NCBI GenBank assembly: GCA_963663385.2
Contig: CAXXXD010000002.1
Span: 832,001-896,000 of the forward strand
Reading direction: 5' to 3'
Origin: Oceanispirochaeta sp.
GTDB lineage: Bacteria > Spirochaetota > Spirochaetia > DSM-2461
DNA: 64,000 bases
The notes under the pieces are model-generated. The model had not been told where the DNA came from. It saw only the letters and a list, made by a program, of their open reading frames with translations, and ran no database searches. The stretch's first letter is position 1. Every line of letters starts with the position of its first letter. This document shows, one piece after another, positions 59,120 through 64,000 of this stretch. Made by a program: the position numbers and the translations under genes.

Positions 59120-59287
59120 ATGGCTGAAATTAAAAAGAAATTCTGTAAACTGGCAAAAAACGGCTGGAAGGGGAATGAGGACGCAGTCCTTGCCGAAGTA
59201 CTTCATCCGGAATATATCTGTAGAAAATGTCTTCGTGTTGCGGTGAATAAGAAAATTCTCTGTGATCCCCGGGCCATAAGGAAGTAG
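59120..59287 (+). CDS. 55-aa basic four-cysteine small protein (not in ORF track)
   Basis: SD GGAGGTG; MAEIKKKFCKLAKNGWKGNEDAVLAEVLHPEYICRKCLRVAVNKKILCDPRAIRK. Confidence 0.75.
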   Translation: MAEIKKKFCKLAKNGWKGNEDAVLAEVLHPEYICRKCLRVAVNKKILCDPRAIRK

Positions 59288-59396
59288 TTGGAAGTTCTGG
59301 TAAAACTTGCAGAAAGCTCAGGAATAGACAATAACTTATAATAAGAATCTGAATTATAACGCTTGTTTTTTATTTACAGGTGATAAGGAGTTGGCA

Positions 59397-60572
59397 TTGG
59401 ATAATTTTACATTTTGTAATCCCACAAAAATAGTATTCGGAAAAGCAGCGGAGGAAAAATGCGGTGAGGAGATCAGCCGGTACGGTAAGAATATCCTGCT
59501 CCACTACGGTGGCGGATCCATTAAAGAAACCGGGTTGTACGATCGCGTCACTTCTTCTCTCAAGTCTGCAGGAATCGAGTATACCGAGCTGGCCGGAGTA
59601 AAGCCGAATCCGAGACTTTCCCTGGTGAAGGAAGGGATCAGGCTGTGCCGGGAGAAAAAAATCGATTTTATCCTGGCTGTCGGCGGTGGAAGTGTCATCG
59701 ACTCTGCAAAAGCCATTTCGGTGGGGGTACCCTATACGGGAGATGTCTGGGATTTCTATACATCCAGGGCCCGGGCAAAGAGCGCTCTTCCCATTGGCAC
59801 TGTGCTAACCATTCCGGCTGCGGGCAGCGAATCAAGCGACGGCTCTGTTATCACGAAGGAAGAAGGGCTGCTGAAGAGGGCCTATGGTTCGGACCTGCTC
59901 TATCCCCGAATTTCCTTTCTGAATCCGGAACTGGCCATGACTCTGCCGGTTCAGCAGATACGGAACGGCATTACAGATATAATGGCTCATCTTCTGGAAA
60001 GGTACTTTACCAACACGGGTAATGTGGAACTGACAGACCGTCTGATTGAGAGTGTCCTTAAAACAGTTATCCATAATGGTCCTCTGTTAATAAAGAATCC
60101 GGATGATTATAATGCCTGGGCAGAACTTATGTGGTCCGGTACGATTGCCCATAACAACCTTTTAAATACTGGACGGACGGGGGACTGGGGATCCCACGAA
60201 ATAGAGCATGAACTGAGCGGTATCTATGATGTGGCTCACGGTGCCGGTCTGGCGGTTGTTTTTCCTGCCTGGATGAAGTATGTCTACCGGCATGATATTA
60301 CCCGCTTCGCCCAGTTTGCCGTAAGGGTATGGAATGTGGAACAGGATTTTCGTTCTCTCGAAGCAACGGCATTAGCCGGCATAGCAGCATTTGAGAACTT
60401 TCTGTTATCCATAGGACAATCCGTCCGTCTGAAAGGGATCGGGATTGACGGCAGCCGTCTGGAAGAGATGTCCAGAAAAGCCACCAATGGGGATACCCGT
60501 CATCTGGGGCAGTTTGTTCCGCTCTGGTCCAATGATATCCTTTCCATTCTGAAACTGGCTATGGAAGAATAA
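59397..60572 (+). CDS. Iron-containing alcohol dehydrogenase (BdhA/YqhD-like)
   Basis: NF.F.NPTK, YGGGSIK, GGGSVIDSAK, H.IEHELS, HGAGL. TTG start 6 nt after AGGAG. Confidence 0.92.
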   Translation: MDNFTFCNPTKIVFGKAAEEKCGEEISRYGKNILLHYGGGSIKETGLYDRVTSSLKSAGIEYTELAGVKPNPRLSLVKEGIRLCREKKIDFILAVGGGSVIDSAKAISVGVPYTGDVWDFYTSRARAKSALPIGTVLTIPAAGSESSDGSVITKEEGLLKRAYGSDLLYPRISFLNPELAMTLPVQQIRNGITDIMAHLLERYFTNTGNVELTDRLIESVLKTVIHNGPLLIKNPDDYNAWAELMWSGTIAHNNLLNTGRTGDWGSHEIEHELSGIYDVAHGAGLAVVFPAWMKYVYRHDITRFAQFAVRVWNVEQDFRSLEATALAGIAAFENFLLSIGQSVRLKGIGIDGSRLEEMSRKATNGDTRHLGQFVPLWSNDILSILKLAMEE

Positions 60573-60605
60573 GGGGTCACGGCGGTATTTTCATTTTATA
60601 GATTA

Positions 60606-60634
60606 TATTGACATATTATGATAATATGTCAATA
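60606..60634. promoter_or_regulatory. Perfect 14-1-14 palindrome, candidate operator
   Basis: TATTGACATATTAT-G-ATAATATGTCAATA upstream of the acyl-CoA synthetase; contains TTGACA. Confidence 0.7.
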
Positions 60635-60653
60635 AAAATATCAGGAGTGAATT

Positions 60654-62543
60654 ATGACCATACCCTCTCTATTTCAGGAAATTGCTGATAAACATTCCAA
60701 TGTTATATGTCAATACAGCCGGGGAGGGGATGGCAATCATTTTCAACCCACAACTTACGGGGAACTCTACAGAATAATTGAGGGTGTCGCCTGGGGACTG
60801 GATCAGCTGGGAATCGGTAAAGGTGACAGAATCGGACTGATTTGTGACAACCGGAAAGAGTGGCTGGCTCTGGACCTTGCCCTACTTTCACTCGGTGCGG
60901 CGGATGTGCCCCGGGGATGCGATACCATGGCGCCGGAACTTGAGTATATTCTGGGTTTCTCCGAATGTCCTGTCGCCATACTGGAAAACATCCGGCAAAT
61001 GGAGAAGATTCTCCCTTACGCCGTAAAACTGCCGGTTCTGAAAAAAGTCATACTTATCGACAGCAGCGGTGACATCCCGGAATCTCCCTGGGAGGTTATT
61101 CCCTACTCCTCCCTGAAAGATAATGGTGTGGAAGGGGTAAAGCCGGGATTTTTACGGGAGCAGATTGCCAGGGGGAAAGGATCTGATCTGGCGACCCTGA
61201 TCTATACTTCGGGTACAACGGGAGAGCCCAAGGGGGTTATGCTGACCCATGAGAATTTCTACTGTCAGGTTAAAGGTATCCACACAGTTGCCAAACTGAC
61301 AGTGGGTGATATCTGGCTGAGTGTTCTGCCTGTCTGGCACTCTTTCGAACGGATCATTCAGTATATTGCCATTGGAGCGGCGACGACGATTGCCTATTCC
61401 AAACCGATAGGCAAGGTAATGCTTATGGACCTGCAGACACTTAATCCCCAGTGGATGGCATCGGTTCCGCGTATCTGGTCCGCTATCGAGTCGGGTGTAT
61501 CCCGGAACATCAAGTCAAAAGGCCCGGTTGCCTGGGGGCTGTTTCGTTTCTTTCTGGCGGTTGCTTCGGCTCATCAGGCTATGCAGAACCGCTTGCAGGG
61601 ACGTGTCGCCGATTTCCGCAAGCGTTTTACCCTGCCTTACTACATCCTTTTTCCGATTCCCTGGCTGCTGCTCTATCCCGTTCGAATGCTGGGGAACAAG
61701 CTGATTTTCAGCAAGATTCAGGAAAAAGTCGGAACCAGTTTCCATGCGGGAATTTCAGGAGGAGGAGCTCTTCCTCCCAGGCTGTATAAATTTTTCAAAG
61801 CCATCGGGATTCAGATACTGGAGGGATACGGGTTAACTGAAACCGCTCCTGTTGTGGCATTCAGTTCGGAGTTTCATCCTGTTATGGGTGTTGTCGGAAA
61901 AGCATATCCCCGGGGAACAGAGATCAAGGTCGTTGATGGAAACGGCAGGATGCTTCCTCCTGGCGAGAAAGGGGTTGTTATGCTGCGGGGAGCCCAGGTG
62001 ATGAAGGGATATTTCAGGAAGCCCTCTTCAACCGAAAAGATGATCGATAAGGACGGCTGGCTGAATTCGGGAGATCTGGGAATGATGACAGTTAAGGGTG
62101 AGTTGAAAATCATCGGACGGGAAAAGGACACAATCGTTCTGCTGGGAGGGGAAAATATCGAGCCTGTACCCATGGAACAGAAACTGGCGGAATCGCCCTA
62201 TATTGAACAGGCCGTGATAGTGGGACAGGATCAGAAATACCTGGCAGCACTGATTGTTCCGGATTATGATGCCCTGGAAGCCTATGCCAGAGATAATAAC
62301 CTGGCTTATGAAAACCGTATCCACTTGAAGGATGTTCACACCATACTGGAACTGATGAGCAGCGAAATCAATCAGCTTATAAGCGCAAAAAACGGATTTC
62401 GTCCTTTTGAACGGATATATAAGTTTGAAATTCTGCGAAAACCTTTTGAAGTAGGAAAAGAGCTGTCGGGAAAACAGGATCTCAAACGGCATGTCATTGC
62501 GGATATCTACAAAAAGGAAATCGCCGGGATGTTCGAATCCTGA
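60654..62543 (+). CDS. Long-chain acyl-CoA synthetase (AMP-binding)
   Basis: IYTSGTTGEPKG, EGYGLTET, SGDLG, GREKD.IVL.GGEN. Confidence 0.92.
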   Translation: MTIPSLFQEIADKHSNVICQYSRGGDGNHFQPTTYGELYRIIEGVAWGLDQLGIGKGDRIGLICDNRKEWLALDLALLSLGAADVPRGCDTMAPELEYILGFSECPVAILENIRQMEKILPYAVKLPVLKKVILIDSSGDIPESPWEVIPYSSLKDNGVEGVKPGFLREQIARGKGSDLATLIYTSGTTGEPKGVMLTHENFYCQVKGIHTVAKLTVGDIWLSVLPVWHSFERIIQYIAIGAATTIAYSKPIGKVMLMDLQTLNPQWMASVPRIWSAIESGVSRNIKSKGPVAWGLFRFFLAVASAHQAMQNRLQGRVADFRKRFTLPYYILFPIPWLLLYPVRMLGNKLIFSKIQEKVGTSFHAGISGGGALPPRLYKFFKAIGIQILEGYGLTETAPVVAFSSEFHPVMGVVGKAYPRGTEIKVVDGNGRMLPPGEKGVVMLRGAQVMKGYFRKPSSTEKMIDKDGWLNSGDLGMMTVKGELKIIGREKDTIVLLGGENIEPVPMEQKLAESPYIEQAVIVGQDQKYLAALIVPDYDALEAYARDNNLAYENRIHLKDVHTILELMSSEINQLISAKNGFRPFERIYKFEILRKPFEVGKELSGKQDLKRHVIADIYKKEIAGMFES

Positions 62544-62547
62544 GAAA

Positions 62548-62808
62548 TTATTCAGAAATATACAGCAGCAACAGCGTGGACAGAGGGTGTGCGCTGTTGC
62601 AATTTTCAGATATAAGGCTGCTTAAACGGGTACGTATTACTCCACGTTCCGAATAGGGCGCGGCCTCCAGTAGACGGATCTGTACTTTTAACAGGATGAT
62701 CGTCAGGGTGTCGGCAAAATCGGATCGTGTTTCATCGGCAAGGATTTGTTCATTTTCCAATTGCTGCCAAATCGCTTTTTGCCGTACATCAACTGCTATC
62801 GTGTCCAT
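62548..62808 (-). CDS. Hypothetical protein
   Basis: About 86-aa ORF filling the gap downstream of the TolC gene; no recognisable motif. Confidence 0.35.
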   Translation of the reverse strand: MDTIAVDVRQKAIWQQLENEQILADETRSDFADTLTIILLKVQIRLLEAAPYSERGVIRTRLSSLISENCNSAHPLSTLLLLYISE

Positions 62809-62855
62809 ATCATTCCCGGTTTTCCGGGATAAACTTGTATCCCGGATAGAAATTA

Positions 62856-64000
62856 TTAAAAAGGAAGTTCGTCCCCTTCTCCTACAGCCTGCTGCCACTG
62901 GAAGTAGGCATTGAGATAGTCATAGATCGCAGCGTAGTAGTTTAACTGCGCTCCGGAGAGGTTTAACCGGGCATCTTTAAGGTCCAGTTGGGTTGCCAAT
63001 CCGTTCTTGGATGATATCTCCATTATATTATAAGCCTTTTCTGCTGTTTTTAAGGTTGTTTCGGCAGATTTTATTCTGGAAGAGGATTCATCCAGTAAAA
63101 GTTGCAGATTGTTTATCTCCGTACGGATCTCATCCTGTTTTTTCAGGAGGTCAACCCTGGCTTTTTCCAGCTCCAGTCTGGCATCCTCCATTTTGGCAAA
63201 ACGGCTGCCTCCATAGAAGATCGGGATGGTCATGGTAATACCGGCTGTCGCCGCGTTGGTTCCGTCTTTCAGTTCAAATTCATCCGAGTTCTTGATATAC
63301 CCGTATCCGGCCGAAGCGGAAAGGGAAGGGAAGAATTCCGCACGTGTCGCCGATACGTTGATCTCCTGAAGATCAATGGTTCCCTGAAGGGCCTGATAAT
63401 CCGGCCGGGTCCCGAAGATGCTGCCCAGTTCAACAGCCCCTTCTACGGAAGGCGTCGTTGTGAGGGATTCTGTCAGGATAATTTCCGCTTCCGGTTCAAG
63501 TCCTCCCAGGTGTTTCAGACTGGACATGGCAAGGTCCCTGTTGCGGGCAGCCTGGGTTGTCTCCGGGATATTTATCTGCCAGTTGACTTCTGCCTGAAGA
63601 ACATCCAGCTCGGAGGCCAGTTCATTTTCATACTTTTTCTGTACCTCCAGGTAGGTTTCATAGGCGTTCTGTTCGGTCGCTGCTTTTACATTGTAAACCT
63701 CTTCCATAAGTACTGTCTGAAAATAGACCTGTTTGGCTGCTGTCAGAATAGCCTGACGGCTGGCCTCGTAGATGGTTCCCGTCAGTTCCCTGTATTTGCT
63801 GCTGGCTTCCAGGGCTCTGAAAACAGTCACATCAAATAGCATCTGTTCCATTCCAACGGACAGGGAGAATTCGTTCTTTGTATTATAGGGCATATCCACC
63901 CAATACAGATCGTACATCTGGGTTGCCGGGTTGACCGAGGGAATCGCTCCCACAGCGGCGGGAACTTCGATTTCAATTAGATTCCTTGTATAACCGGCGC
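62856..64000 (-). CDS. TolC-family outer membrane protein (5' end beyond window)
   Basis: YENELASELDVLQAE, FFPSLSASA, NGLATQLDLKDA; frame stays open to the window edge. Confidence 0.88.
   Translation of the reverse strand, partial: AGYTRNLIEIEVPAAVGAIPSVNPATQMYDLYWVDMPYNTKNEFSLSVGMEQMLFDVTVFRALEASSKYRELTGTIYEASRQAILTAAKQVYFQTVLMEEVYNVKAATEQNAYETYLEVQKKYENELASELDVLQAEVNWQINIPETTQAARNRDLAMSSLKHLGGLEPEAEIILTESLTTTPSVEGAVELGSIFGTRPDYQALQGTIDLQEINVSATRAEFFPSLSASAGYGYIKNSDEFELKDGTNAATAGITMTIPIFYGGSRFAKMEDARLELEKARVDLLKKQDEIRTEINNLQLLLDESSSRIKSAETTLKTAEKAYNIMEISSKNGLATQLDLKDARLNLSGAQLNYYAAIYDYLNAYFQWQQAVGEGDELPF

Overview
64-kb bacterial chromosomal window of about 50% GC (by eye), most likely from a free-living Spirochaetaceae (Spirochaeta/Oceanispirochaeta-like). 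That taxonomy is an inference from the 'AxGxxE' N-termini of the solute-binding proteins, the lipoproteins and the gene repertoire. In order, the window holds: a split B12-dependent methionine synthase behind a radical-SAM/SPASM gene; an ECF pantothenate uptake + coaX operon; c-di-GMP and cAMP signalling genes; a sigma54 two-component system beside a TolC/MFP/RND pump with a PII-like accessory gene; a sirtuin; an Fe-chelate/B12-type ABC operon with an NTPase; aceE-aceF-lpd; a small ORF + glmS; a lower-GC Thermotoga-type inositol catabolic cluster (iolN, iolO, Zn-dehydrogenase, ABC, iolG, uxaE); a doubly flavinylatable exported FMN-binding protein; a TPP-riboswitch thiamine salvage operon led by a methyltransferase; a pabB-pabC fusion; gap; paralogous lipoproteins; an amidohydrolase; an unannotated 55-aa Cys protein; an Fe-ADH; an acyl-CoA synthetase; and a second TolC. 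No rRNA, tRNA, CRISPR array, transposase or integrase was seen. The best leads are the iol-uxaE pathway with a non-canonical IolM substitute, the TPP-regulated methyltransferase, the glmS-coupled small ORF, the RND-PII-like module, the 55-aa Cys protein and several apparently leaderless genes. All family assignments come from motif recognition, not database searches.
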